Below are positions 21,675-31,258 of a DNA stretch of 64,000 nt, in pieces. The stretch covers positions 832,001 to 896,000 of the forward strand of contig CBDBHB010000008.1 of the NCBI GenBank assembly GCA_965205505.1, written 5' to 3'. The stretch's first letter is position 1, and every line of letters begins with the position of its first letter. This DNA comes from Acidobacteriota bacterium (GTDB lineage Bacteria; Acidobacteriota; UBA890; WLXD01). The notes beneath the pieces are model-generated. The model saw only the letters and a list, made by a program, of their open reading frames with translations, did not search any database and had not been told where the DNA came from. Made by a program: the position numbers and the translations under genes.

Positions 21675-22754
21675 ATGCCAGCGAACCATCTGCCGCGATT
21701 CTCTTTTCCGCCAATTCTGCTCGCGGTGCTCCTCGCCCTGCTCCTGTTAGCAGACTCGGCTCTCGCGCAAGATTCGGAGCGCGGTTTCGATCTCTTTCAG
21801 TCCGTCGAGTGCGCCGCCTGCCACGGCAGCGCCGCTCAGGGGATGATGGGGCCGGCCCTCGCCGGTACACGCCTTTCACTGTCGGAGGTTCGGCGTCAGG
21901 TACGATCTCCGCGCTCGCGCCGCATGCCGGACTTCAGCGTCGAGGAGCTCTCAGAGGAAGACCTGATCGACATCTTCGCCTACATGAAGGGCCTCGAAGC
22001 GCCGACGCTCGCAGACAAGCGCACGTGGTGGGGTATCGATCTGTTGAACCTGCCGACGCCCGCGCTCCCCGAGAAGAAGACCCTCGAGCTGCACTTCACG
22101 CATCGCTTTTCAGAGTCGTTGACCGACGCAGGCCGCGAGGGACTCTACGGACTCGATAGCTTTGCTTTCCCGGGTTTCTGGTTCTCCTACGGCCTCAGCG
22201 ACCGCGTCGCACCCTACGTGGGTCGAACCGCGAACCTGGCTACCTGGGAGTTCGGCGTCAAGATCAAGCTGCTCGATGAACACGATATCTCGTTGCCCAT
22301 ATCGATCGCTGCCAACATCGGTGGCACATTCCTCGACGCCAACGGCATCCCCAACAACAATCGATTCACGGTCGAGTTGCCGATCGGCGTACGTGCCGGC
22401 GAACGGCTAGCGTTCCAGTTCGTTCCTATCTACACCACCGACCCCGATGAACAGGACTTCCCGGACAGCGATAGTCATGCGCTCGCGCTGGGGTTCGGCG
22501 GTAGCCTGCGCCTTTCGACTACCTATAGTCTCGACGCCGAGTACATTGCCAACATCGGAGGCTTCGAGCAATTCGATGCCCTCAACCAGTGGCAGGCCGG
22601 GGTGACCATCCACGTTCGACGCCACCTATTCTCGCTGATGCTGTCGAACAGCATATTGACCACCCCCGATTTCATGGCCGCTGGCTCATTCAGGACCGGA
22701 ATCAAGAGTAACGTTCGCTTTGGCTTCAACCTGGTGAGGGCCTTCTCGTTCTAG
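21675..22754 (+). CDS. Cytochrome c fused to a DUF5777-like beta-barrel domain
   Basis: Signal peptide, CAACH heme motif with a distal Met, then LNLPT...HRF...GLD...HLFSLMLSN...RFGFNLVRAF ending in Phe. Confidence 0.8.
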   Translation: MPANHLPRFSFPPILLAVLLALLLLADSALAQDSERGFDLFQSVECAACHGSAAQGMMGPALAGTRLSLSEVRRQVRSPRSRRMPDFSVEELSEEDLIDIFAYMKGLEAPTLADKRTWWGIDLLNLPTPALPEKKTLELHFTHRFSESLTDAGREGLYGLDSFAFPGFWFSYGLSDRVAPYVGRTANLATWEFGVKIKLLDEHDISLPISIAANIGGTFLDANGIPNNNRFTVELPIGVRAGERLAFQFVPIYTTDPDEQDFPDSDSHALALGFGGSLRLSTTYSLDAEYIANIGGFEQFDALNQWQAGVTIHVRRHLFSLMLSNSILTTPDFMAAGSFRTGIKSNVRFGFNLVRAFSF

Positions 22755-22857
22755 AGTCGTCGACGATGGGCACCGCATCGCCATCCTCGTCGCGCCTTGA
22801 GCTTTGCCCCCATCTCGACCCAGCAATATGCAACGAACCTCTGTTACTGGACACTAG
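22751..22857. mobile_element. Truncated MITE-like repeat bounded by CTAG
   Basis: Its reverse complement matches about 60372-60468; CTAG at both ends. Confidence 0.75.
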
Positions 22858-22914
22858 CTCGGCCAGGGAGCTCCACTGCCGCGACGCCAGCGCAAACGAG
22901 CAGGTACGCCCCCG

Positions 22915-24312
22915 ATGACGATGTCGATCTCGCGCCGAGCACCAGCCGCCGCGGTAGCCGTTGCCGTCGCGCTTACACTGCCCCTGGCGGTCTCCGGATC
23001 GCCACAGAACGAAGAGTTCTTTGAGAGCAGCTTCGACGGAGCATGGGTTGGCAGTATCAAGGTCGGCAACGAGCGCGTGCTCGTACAGCTGAACCTCAAC
23101 GTCGGCAGCAGCGCCGTAGGATTCGCCGTCATACAGAACAACCTCGGCTCGACGCCGAACGGGGTCGACGTGCTGGCTGCCGATTTCACCAAGGTGAGCA
23201 ACAAAAGCATCGTGTTCCGCGCCGACGATGCCGCACCGCTGCGCCGGCGCCGCGACACGACGACGTTCAAGCTCAGCCCCAAATCCGGAACACTGAAGGG
23301 CAAGGCGTCCGGCAAGGTGAAGGGCGCCGTCGTGCTCGTGCCCGTGAGCCCCGATCTTCCTCTCCAGAAGCTATGGGCAGGCTCGGTAAGAGTGGACGGC
23401 AAGATGCTCTTCATGCTGCTCCAGCTCACCGACAATGGCGACGGCACGGTGGGTGGACATGCGGTGGTCGACGGCGAGTCGGGCACCGTCGTTGCCACGG
23501 CCGACCGTCCCGGTGGTCGTCGCGCCGGCGTCAGCGGCACGATCAAACTGAACTCTGGCGACCTCGATATCGATCTATCGTTGCAGAAGGGCAACAACCA
23601 GCTGGGCGGCAAGATCATCGCCGGCGGCAAGAACATCAAGGCCAAGCTGAAGCCTGCGGGCAGCAAGGGTAAGCCAATGAAAGTTACGGGCACGCAGCGT
23701 GCCGCGCTTCGCGACCTAGCCGCCGGGCAAGCGAACACGATCACGGTGCGCGGCAAGAACTTCGTGGCGGGAGCCAACGTCCACGTCGATAACGGAGCAT
23801 TCTCGGTTGACAGTGTCGAGTTCAAATCGTCCAAGCAGCTCGAGGTCGTGATCACACCGGCCGCCTCGGTAGCCAACGGAACCTCAGCGGGCGTGCTCGT
23901 GGTCAACGCCGACGGCCAAACTGGAGAGCGCGCCAACGCGCTGACGGTTACGAGCGACGACGGGGGAGGTGGCGCCACCGTGAGCTTTGCTGCCGACATT
24001 CAACCGATCTTCGACCAGAACTGCGCCCTCGCTGGCTGCCACTCCGCCGCTAGCGCTAGCGCCGGGCTGGTGCTCGCTGCCGGGTCGGCGTTCGATAACC
24101 TCGTCGGCGCGCCAAGCAGCCAACAGCCGGCGACAAGTCGGGTGGCGAGCGGCGACCCCGACAACAGCTACCTCGTACGCAAGATCGAGGGCGCCGCCGG
24201 AATCAGCGGCGGCCGAATGCCACAGAACCGGCCTCCGTTATCGGCGGCGCAGATCGCCAGCATCCGCACTTGGATCACCGAGGGTGCTCAAAACAACCGG
24301 CGACCGCAGTAG
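22915..24312 (+). CDS. Secreted beta-rich protein with an Ig/TIG-like domain and a C-terminal cytochrome-c-like domain (CxxxxCH)
   Basis: Signal peptide; SFAADIQPIFDQNCALAGCH...GDPDNSYL..KI...RMP...WITEGA. Confidence 0.75.
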   Translation: MTMSISRRAPAAAVAVAVALTLPLAVSGSPQNEEFFESSFDGAWVGSIKVGNERVLVQLNLNVGSSAVGFAVIQNNLGSTPNGVDVLAADFTKVSNKSIVFRADDAAPLRRRRDTTTFKLSPKSGTLKGKASGKVKGAVVLVPVSPDLPLQKLWAGSVRVDGKMLFMLLQLTDNGDGTVGGHAVVDGESGTVVATADRPGGRRAGVSGTIKLNSGDLDIDLSLQKGNNQLGGKIIAGGKNIKAKLKPAGSKGKPMKVTGTQRAALRDLAAGQANTITVRGKNFVAGANVHVDNGAFSVDSVEFKSSKQLEVVITPAASVANGTSAGVLVVNADGQTGERANALTVTSDDGGGGATVSFAADIQPIFDQNCALAGCHSAASASAGLVLAAGSAFDNLVGAPSSQQPATSRVASGDPDNSYLVRKIEGAAGISGGRMPQNRPPLSAAQIASIRTWITEGAQNNRRPQ

Positions 24313-24366
24313 CGACTCGAGGCCATCGAGTACGGCGCCCGAGACCTGCCCCAGCCGGCCGTGGTG

Positions 24367-25140
24367 CTAGCGGGCGCAGGTTTGGTGCCGGCCTCCGTCG
24401 ACGCAAATCGTCTCGCCGGTGATCCAATCGGAGGCATCCGACGCCAAGAACAACACCGCCTCCGCGATGTCGCGTGGTTGCCCGACGCGTCCCAGCGGAT
24501 GCGTGGTTTTCGAGTGCTCCAGGAAGGCCTCGTACGCCTCGGCCTCCATGCCGCCGCGCCGATGCAACTGGGTAACGACGACGCCGGGGTTCACAGCGTT
24601 GACGCGCACGCCATCGGGCGCGAGCTCGAGTGCTGCGCACCGCGTCAACTGATCTACGGCCGCCTTGCTGACGTTGTAGGCGAGTACGCCCGGGAAGGCA
24701 CGCTGCCCGTTTACCGACGAGATGTTTACGATGCGCCCGCGCGAGGCACGTAGATGCGGTACCGCGGCACGCATGAGCCGAAATATCGCATCGACGTTGG
24801 TAGCCATCATCGCCGACCAGTCGTCGTCAGACGTACTCTCGAGGGTCCCGGACTTGATGATGCCGGCAGCGTTGACCACGACGTCCAGCTGCCCGTACGC
24901 ATCGATCGCTGCCGCAACGATCTCGTCGGCGGCAGCCTTGGAGGTGAGATCGTGGATTGTCAGCGTTGCAGTTTGAGTGCCAATGCTGGTCGCGACCTCG
25001 CGCAGGGCGCCCTCGCTGCGGCCAACCAGGACGAGCCGTGCCCCTTCAGCGGCGAACAGCTCGGCGGTCATCTGCCCGATACCGCTCGACGCGCCGGTCA
25101 CCACCGCTACCTGATCTCGTAGTCGTGCCATATCGGTCAC
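24367..25140 (-). CDS. Short-chain dehydrogenase/reductase
   Basis: TGASSGIG, NAAG, YNVSK, RVNAVNPG. Confidence 0.92.
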   Translation of the reverse strand: MTDMARLRDQVAVVTGASSGIGQMTAELFAAEGARLVLVGRSEGALREVATSIGTQTATLTIHDLTSKAAADEIVAAAIDAYGQLDVVVNAAGIIKSGTLESTSDDDWSAMMATNVDAIFRLMRAAVPHLRASRGRIVNISSVNGQRAFPGVLAYNVSKAAVDQLTRCAALELAPDGVRVNAVNPGVVVTQLHRRGGMEAEAYEAFLEHSKTTHPLGRVGQPRDIAEAVLFLASDASDWITGETICVDGGRHQTCAR

Positions 25141-26018
25141 CGCGCTGGGTTGAGGGCAGCGCGTTTCATGATGCGTTTCTCACCACGCGTGAGAGCGAAG
25201 TCGAAACCGAGCAGCGCGCCGTCCCATGCGCCGTACTGGGGGTTCGGCAGAACGATCCACCGGCTGCCCCAGTACTCGGCATGCCGCCGTACCATTTCCT
25301 TGCGCTGCGACGCAGCATCTTCGTCGCCCGAAACGAAGTCTCCGAGGGCATCGCCGATGAGCAACAGGATGCGATAGTCGCGCGCTACTTCCTGACGCCT
25401 CGTCCCCTTGTCCGATCCCCAGTCGCCACGCTCGTCGCGCGTGAGAACCGTGTCGACCTGCGGATCGAGGGGGAAGCCGTGGCGCGTGAGGTTGTTGCGC
25501 GTCGCGCCCTCCACCTGGTGGCGCCGGTTGGTGACGTAGAACACTCGTACGCCGCGCTCAGCCGCGGCGCGAGTGAATTCCAACGCGCCGGGAACCACCC
25601 CCGCCTTCTCCTCACGGACCCACTCCTGCCAGCCGGGCGTGGCGAAGTCGCGATCGTCCAGTAGCTGGCGGACCTGATTGGGAGAGTTGTCGAGCACCGT
25701 CTCGTCGACATCGAGTATCACCGCGGGCGGCAGTGCCTCGTAGCCTCCTGTGACCACCTGCTCGAGCGAGGCAGTCCACGAAGTATCCTCGAGGGCGCCG
25801 CCGAGCATCAGCGACGCGATGGCGTATGCCTGGCGTGTCGTCGCCTCGTACTCACCCGCGGTCTGCACCCAGGCCACGGCGTTGAGATTTTCCTCCGCGT
25901 AGCTGAACGGCGAGCTCGACTGTGCAGCCGGATCCGTGGCACGAGTCACTATGAGTCCCAGCGCTGTACCGATCATCACCAGGAGCACCGCGATCAGCGC
26001 GGGAACAATGCGGTTCAT
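25137..26018 (-). CDS. Class C acid phosphatase / 5'-nucleotidase e(P4) family (HAD)
   Basis: DVDETVLDNS, YVTNR, IGDALGDF, LPNPQYG. Confidence 0.88.
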   Translation of the reverse strand: MNRIVPALIAVLLVMIGTALGLIVTRATDPAAQSSSPFSYAEENLNAVAWVQTAGEYEATTRQAYAIASLMLGGALEDTSWTASLEQVVTGGYEALPPAVILDVDETVLDNSPNQVRQLLDDRDFATPGWQEWVREEKAGVVPGALEFTRAAAERGVRVFYVTNRRHQVEGATRNNLTRHGFPLDPQVDTVLTRDERGDWGSDKGTRRQEVARDYRILLLIGDALGDFVSGDEDAASQRKEMVRRHAEYWGSRWIVLPNPQYGAWDGALLGFDFALTRGEKRIMKRAALNPAR

Positions 26019-26192
26019 CTCTGTCTCCTGCTGTCCGCGGCCGCTCCTCACCTGCGGGTGGGGATCGTCGGCGGGCCGGTGTGCGGGGGCCCAGCTGGTT
26101 CACTCGTGGGCGTCCCAGGTGCCACAATCAGGGTCGCCTGACCTCGGCTCGGCATCTTCGTCAGCCGCCGTGTCCCAGCATAAAGGAACCTC

Positions 26193-27533
26193 ATGCGGAT
26201 CGTGATCACCGGCGACGGTGAGATCGCTTATCAGCTGGCCCAGGCGCTGCACCAGCAGCACGACGTCGTGATCATCGAGAACGACCCGCGAGAGACGGAT
26301 CGATTCGGCTCGCTCGACGTCCAGCTTCTACGCGGCGACGCAACACACCCGGAAGTTCTACGAGAGGCCGGCGTGACCTCGAGGGACAGCTTTATCTCCT
26401 GTCGTGCATCCGACGAGCTCAACATCATCGCCTGCCTGACAGCCAAGCGCATCGGCTGCGCGCACACGACCTGCTTTGTGTCGAAAGAGGACTACGTGCG
26501 GTCGTTCGCCGGTATCCCCGAGGGCGACGACGCGTTGGCCATCGATCGGATCATCTGGCCGCAGTACATGCTCGCGGAGGAGATCACGCGCATCGTGCTG
26601 GTGCCGCGAGCCATCGATGTGGAGATCTTCGCCGGCGGCCGCATCTGGCTCATGGAGTTCAAGCTGCGCGAGGACTCACCACTGATCGGGCCGTTGCTAC
26701 ATCTCGAGCTACCGCTCGGCGTTCTCGCCGTCGCAGTACGCAAGGGCGAGGAGCTGTCTATCCCCTCCGGTAAGACTCAGCTCGAGGCCGGTGACCGGGT
26801 AGCGTTCATGGGGAACCGCGGCGGCCTGCGCCAGCTGCAGGAGCGTTTCATACGCGGGTCGGCGGGTGCGCCCGAACCACGCGATCGTGCCGTCGTGATC
26901 GTCGGCGGAGGTACCGTCGGCCTCACGCTGGCAAAGCGCTTGGAGAGGGAGAAAGACATCCGCCTCAAGATCGTCGAACGCGATCGGGCGCGCTGCCAAC
27001 ACCTCGCGGCTGAGCTACCGCGAGCGCTGGTGCTACGGGGCGATGGCACCGACCTGGCGCTGCTCGAGGCAGAACAGGTCGACCAAGCAAGCGTGCTGGT
27101 ATCGGTCACCAGCAACGACCAAAGCAATCTGCTGTGCTCATTGCTGGCCAGCCAGATGCAGGTGCCGAAGATCATCACGCGGGTCAACCGCAAGCGGAAC
27201 ATCCGGCTCTTCGAGCGCGTCGGCATCGACGTGCCTCTCAACCCGATGGTTACGGCGATCAACGTCGTGCTGAACTCCCTCCAAGAGACCGGCGTGCAGC
27301 TGCTCGCTAGCGTCGAGGGCGGCCAGGCGGCCGTGATCGAGATGAACGTATCCGATGACTTCGAGCGTACACGGGTTCGCGAGCTGCCTCGGGTCGATGG
27401 CACGATTATCGTGGCGGTCACCCGAGCCGATCGCACCATGGTTCCGCACGGCGACGACATGATCGAGCCGGGCGATCGGCTGCTCGTCTTCTCCACGGAG
27501 ACGGCGCGCGAAAAGCTTCGCAAGCTTTTCTGA
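26193..27533 (+). CDS. trkA: Trk potassium uptake NAD-binding subunit
   Basis: Two RCK N/C domain pairs with GDGEIA and GGGTVG motifs. Confidence 0.9.
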   Translation: MRIVITGDGEIAYQLAQALHQQHDVVIIENDPRETDRFGSLDVQLLRGDATHPEVLREAGVTSRDSFISCRASDELNIIACLTAKRIGCAHTTCFVSKEDYVRSFAGIPEGDDALAIDRIIWPQYMLAEEITRIVLVPRAIDVEIFAGGRIWLMEFKLREDSPLIGPLLHLELPLGVLAVAVRKGEELSIPSGKTQLEAGDRVAFMGNRGGLRQLQERFIRGSAGAPEPRDRAVVIVGGGTVGLTLAKRLEREKDIRLKIVERDRARCQHLAAELPRALVLRGDGTDLALLEAEQVDQASVLVSVTSNDQSNLLCSLLASQMQVPKIITRVNRKRNIRLFERVGIDVPLNPMVTAINVVLNSLQETGVQLLASVEGGQAAVIEMNVSDDFERTRVRELPRVDGTIIVAVTRADRTMVPHGDDMIEPGDRLLVFSTETAREKLRKLF

Positions 27534-27536
27534 TCG

Positions 27537-29045
27537 ATGCGACTCCGACTCGTCGCTCACGTCGACGGCCTGTTGCTCCGGGCCTTCGGCGTTTTCCTGT
27601 TGGTGCCCATGGTGGTCGATTGGGGCTATGGCAACTGGGCCTCTTCGATCGGGTTCCTGATCGCCGCAGTCAGCGCCGCGGTGTTCGGCGAGCTGGCCAA
27701 ACGGATGTCGCCCAGGGGCGAAGACCTGCACCGGGTCGAGGGAATCATGGTGGTGGCATCAGCATGGTTGGTGGTGTCGTTCTTCAGCGCCATACCCTAT
27801 CTGTGGAACGGCTTGAGCGTGATCGACTCGCTGTTCGAATCGATGTCGGGGCTGACCACCACAGGTGCCACCATCTTCACCGACTTCTCGCGCTACGGTG
27901 AAGGCCTGTACCTGTGGCGCAGCATGACCCAGTGGTTCGGTGGAATGGGGGTCATCGCGTTGTTCATCGCGGTGCTTCCGCGATTGGCGATCGCCGGTCG
28001 GCAAATGTTCTTCGCCGAGGCCCCCGGCCCACAGGAGGAGCGTCTGACACCTCGTATTCGCCACACGGCGATCGCGCTGTGGTCGCTTTATATCGGCCTG
28101 ACAATCGTCCAGGTGATCGCCTTGCTCGCAGTGGGGATGCCGGTATTCGATGCGATCTGTAACTCGCTCACCACCGTCGCCGCTGGCGGCTTCTCACCCC
28201 ATCCGCAGAGCATCGGTGGCTACGCCAACCCGGCGGCAGAGTGGGTCTTCGTGTTCTTCATCTTCCTGGCCGGTGCCAATTACTCGCTGCAGTACCGTGC
28301 CATTCGGGGTCGGCCGCTCGGTTTGTTCCGCGATGAGGAGTTTCGCGTGTACACGCTACTGATCCTCGTCGCGACGTTGCTGCTGACCTACGTGTTACTA
28401 CCGTTCAACGGCGACCCGAGTCCGGAGTACCTCACTGCCAGCACCAGCCTCGGCGTCCTCACGGAGGCACCGCCGCTCACCGTGGTGAGACAGGCGGCCT
28501 TTCAGGTGGTGACGATCGTCACGACAGCCGGGTTCGCCACCGACGACTTCAACCTGTGGAATGACCAGGCGCGCGTGGTGTTGCTGATCCTGATGTTTGT
28601 TGGCGGCTCGGCTGGCTCCGCTGCGGGCGGCCCCAAAGTCGTACGTATATTGCTGATCTTCAAGTATGCTGCCGCCGAGTTGGTTCGAGTGTTGCACCCG
28701 CAGGCGGTCAATCCAGTGCGCTTCAACCGCCGTGTCGTGCCCACGAAGGTGCTCGGCGCGATCGTCACCGTTCTGCTGCTCTACATCCTGGTGTTCATCA
28801 TCAGCGTGCTACTGGTGACGGTGTTCGGCGCCGATCTCCTCACCGCAATCACCGCCTCGATCGCCACGCTCGGCAATATCGGCCCGGGCTTCTCGACGGT
28901 CGGGCCGATGAGCAACTACGCCGCCTTTGCTACGCCCACCAAGGTGGTTCTGTTCCTGAACATGTGGATCGGGCGTCTCGAGGTCATCACTGTACTGGTG
29001 CTGCTGCAGCCAGCGGTCTGGCGGCGCCTACGCTCGGCGAGCTAG
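27537..29045 (+). CDS. trkH: Trk potassium uptake membrane subunit
   Basis: SGLTTTGAT, GGMG, GSAAGGPK, GNIGPG and GRLE pore motifs. Confidence 0.92.
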   Translation: MRLRLVAHVDGLLLRAFGVFLLVPMVVDWGYGNWASSIGFLIAAVSAAVFGELAKRMSPRGEDLHRVEGIMVVASAWLVVSFFSAIPYLWNGLSVIDSLFESMSGLTTTGATIFTDFSRYGEGLYLWRSMTQWFGGMGVIALFIAVLPRLAIAGRQMFFAEAPGPQEERLTPRIRHTAIALWSLYIGLTIVQVIALLAVGMPVFDAICNSLTTVAAGGFSPHPQSIGGYANPAAEWVFVFFIFLAGANYSLQYRAIRGRPLGLFRDEEFRVYTLLILVATLLLTYVLLPFNGDPSPEYLTASTSLGVLTEAPPLTVVRQAAFQVVTIVTTAGFATDDFNLWNDQARVVLLILMFVGGSAGSAAGGPKVVRILLIFKYAAAELVRVLHPQAVNPVRFNRRVVPTKVLGAIVTVLLLYILVFIISVLLVTVFGADLLTAITASIATLGNIGPGFSTVGPMSNYAAFATPTKVVLFLNMWIGRLEVITVLVLLQPAVWRRLRSAS

Positions 29046-29059
29046 ATGAGATGAGAAGG
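29042..29059 (+). repeat. 18-bp copy of the IS1111 left end (CTAGATGAGATGAGAAGG)
   Basis: Identical to 59214-59231. Confidence 0.7.
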
Positions 29060-30142
29060 GAGGCGCCCGGCGCGAAAGAGCGCCGAGTTGATCAAACGCT
29101 CGATGAGCGCCGCGAACGACACTCCCGCCACCGCTGCACCCTGAGGTAGGAGGCTAGTCTTCGTCATCCCGGGAATGGTGTTGAGCTCGAGCATCATCGG
29201 ACCTGCCGCCGACAGGATGAAGTCGCTACGCGACATTCCCTCGCAGCCCAGCGCCTCGTGCGCGATCACCGCGAGCTCCTGCACCCGCGCCGCCAGCTCG
29301 TCATCGACCTCCGCTGGCGTGATCTCCCGGCAGGCGTCGGAAGTGTACTTGGCGCGGAAATCGAAGAATTGCCCGTCCCGCGGTCGGATCTCTGTAAGCG
29401 GAAGTGGTTGAGTCGGCTCCCGCCCGCCTCCCAGAACGCCACAGGTCACCTCCACCCCTTCGAGATAGCTCTCGACCATGACAGGCTGCCCCCCGACGGA
29501 GCCGGCACGCAGCGCCTCCATCAACTCGGTTGGGTCGCGCGCTATGCGGACACCGACGGAGGAACCCGAGGCCACCGGCTTCACTACGCACGGCAGCCCG
29601 ATTTGATCGATAGCGGCTTGCAGTGCCGCGGGTTCGTCCTGTTCGTGCCGCACCAATACATCGTCGGGTACAGGGACCCCAACGCTGCGGAGATGTCGCT
29701 TCGTACGTGCCTTGTCCATCGCCAGTGCCGACGCCAACACCCCGGAGCCGGTGTACGGAACATCCGCCAGGCTAAGCATCCCCTGCACGGTGCCATCCTC
29801 TCCACCGGGCCCATGGAGGGCAACGAAAACAACGTCGAGGTCCGGCGCGCGCAGACGCTCGAAAGCGCCTCGGGTCGGTGGCGGCATGCCGCACGACGAC
29901 CGCAGTGGGGCGGCAGTAGGCGGGGGCGGCGGCTCTCCGGGCGCACGAGCCAGGATCGGCGTGGCGGGGCGATGATCGAAGTGCCATTCGCCGCTACGAT
30001 CTATGTAGATGGGACGCCCGTCGAAACGATCAGAATCGAGCGCATCCAGGACATTCAGACCGCTGCAGACCGACACGTAGTGCTCGACGCTCTCGCCGCC
30101 GAGCAAGACGGCTACGGAGATTCGTTTGCCCACCCCCATCAC
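29042..30142 (-). CDS. ddl: D-alanine--D-alanine ligase
   Basis: GGESVEHYVS, LHGPGGEDG, GSSVG, ELNTIPGMT. Confidence 0.92.
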   Translation of the reverse strand: MMGVGKRISVAVLLGGESVEHYVSVCSGLNVLDALDSDRFDGRPIYIDRSGEWHFDHRPATPILARAPGEPPPPPTAAPLRSSCGMPPPTRGAFERLRAPDLDVVFVALHGPGGEDGTVQGMLSLADVPYTGSGVLASALAMDKARTKRHLRSVGVPVPDDVLVRHEQDEPAALQAAIDQIGLPCVVKPVASGSSVGVRIARDPTELMEALRAGSVGGQPVMVESYLEGVEVTCGVLGGGREPTQPLPLTEIRPRDGQFFDFRAKYTSDACREITPAEVDDELAARVQELAVIAHEALGCEGMSRSDFILSAAGPMMLELNTIPGMTKTSLLPQGAAVAGVSFAALIERLINSALFRAGRLPSHLI

Positions 30143-30202
30143 GGCCGGAGGGTACCATGACGCCTCCGATCGCCCGATCGACAGTGTTTACAGGAGTGAT
30201 CA

Positions 30203-30520
30203 ATGAGCCTCGAGAGTATCTTCGACAAGCTGGCGAGCCGCGTCTCGGAGCGGCCCGAGCTCGTGGACGAAGTAGACGCCGTTTATCAATTTGACGTGGG
30301 CGGCGAACAGGGAGGCTCCTGGGTCGTCGACCTCAAGAACGCACCCGGTGGGATCCGCGCCGGCGCGGACGCCGACGCCGATTGCGTGATCACGCTGAGT
30401 CAAGACGACCTGGCCGGCATCATGGACGGCAGCGTCGACCCGCAAACAGCGTTCTTGATGGGGCGCATCAAGATCACTGGCAACTTCATGCTGGCGACGA
30501 AGCTCGGCGCTCTCGTCTGA
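30203..30520 (+). CDS. SCP2 sterol-binding domain protein
   Basis: YQFDV.G..GGSW.VD...ADC.I...DPQTAFLMGRIKITGN. Confidence 0.88.
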   Translation: MSLESIFDKLASRVSERPELVDEVDAVYQFDVGGEQGGSWVVDLKNAPGGIRAGADADADCVITLSQDDLAGIMDGSVDPQTAFLMGRIKITGNFMLATKLGALV

Positions 30521-30546
30521 CCGCGGATCTGTTGCACAAGCAGCGC

Positions 30547-31032
30547 TCAGCTCGCGGCTCCCTCCTTCTCGGCCTCTTCGATCAGCGAAGCGATCGACTT
30601 CCGACCGAACGCCGACGAGATCGAGTCATCGGACTGCTCGGCGCCTTCGTCACTACCAATAGCCGCGGCCGGCCCGTTCACGGCCTCGTTATCGTTGTCG
30701 CCGGAGAACGGCGTGGGGTTCGTCTCGATGATATTGGCCGGCTCAGGCTCGACAGCTACCGGCTCGGGCTCGACAGCTACCGGCTCGGGCGTCGAGGGAA
30801 CGGGGTCGGGCACGACAGCAACAAACTCGGGCCGTCGTGCTCGCGGCGTCTCTGCTACCGGCGCCACCGCTTCCACTCGCTGGCCGTTCTTGCGGAACGC
30901 ATCGAGCTCCTCGACCGCGGCACGCAAGAATGGCAGCACGATGTCGGCCTCATGCTTGGCAGCAAGGGCAACCGCGCAGCGACTTTCCCAGCCTTCGATG
31001 GCCTTTTGGAGTTGGTCCCTTCCTTCGCTCAT
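30547..31032 (-). CDS. Hypothetical acidic Pro-rich protein
   Basis: GGAG RBS; helical N-terminus, EPVAVEP tandem repeats, C-terminus conserved with the paralog at 19159. Confidence 0.72.
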   Translation of the reverse strand: MSEGRDQLQKAIEGWESRCAVALAAKHEADIVLPFLRAAVEELDAFRKNGQRVEAVAPVAETPRARRPEFVAVVPDPVPSTPEPVAVEPEPVAVEPEPANIIETNPTPFSGDNDNEAVNGPAAAIGSDEGAEQSDDSISSAFGRKSIASLIEEAEKEGAAS

Positions 31033-31258
31033 TTGTCGGTCTCCTCTGTGAGGCACTGAGTGAGTGTCCTGTGAGTGATCTGTGGTCTCCATAAACAGGT
31101 ATCGCACTGTCAAAGATAACTACAAGCCTTAAACAATATTATAAGTTATTATTCATCGCTATTGGATACTTATGGTATCCACCGCCATCCAAAGACCGGA
31201 GCAGGGGCAGGTGTAAAATTAGGCTCGGTAACGCCGCGAAGCTGGCGATACGAGTGCG

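Noticed and set aside
18994-31165. Duplicated segment as a DGR template/variable repeat pair
   Set aside because: Mismatches involve all bases and include indels, so they are not adenine-specific; no reverse transcriptase is present in the window.
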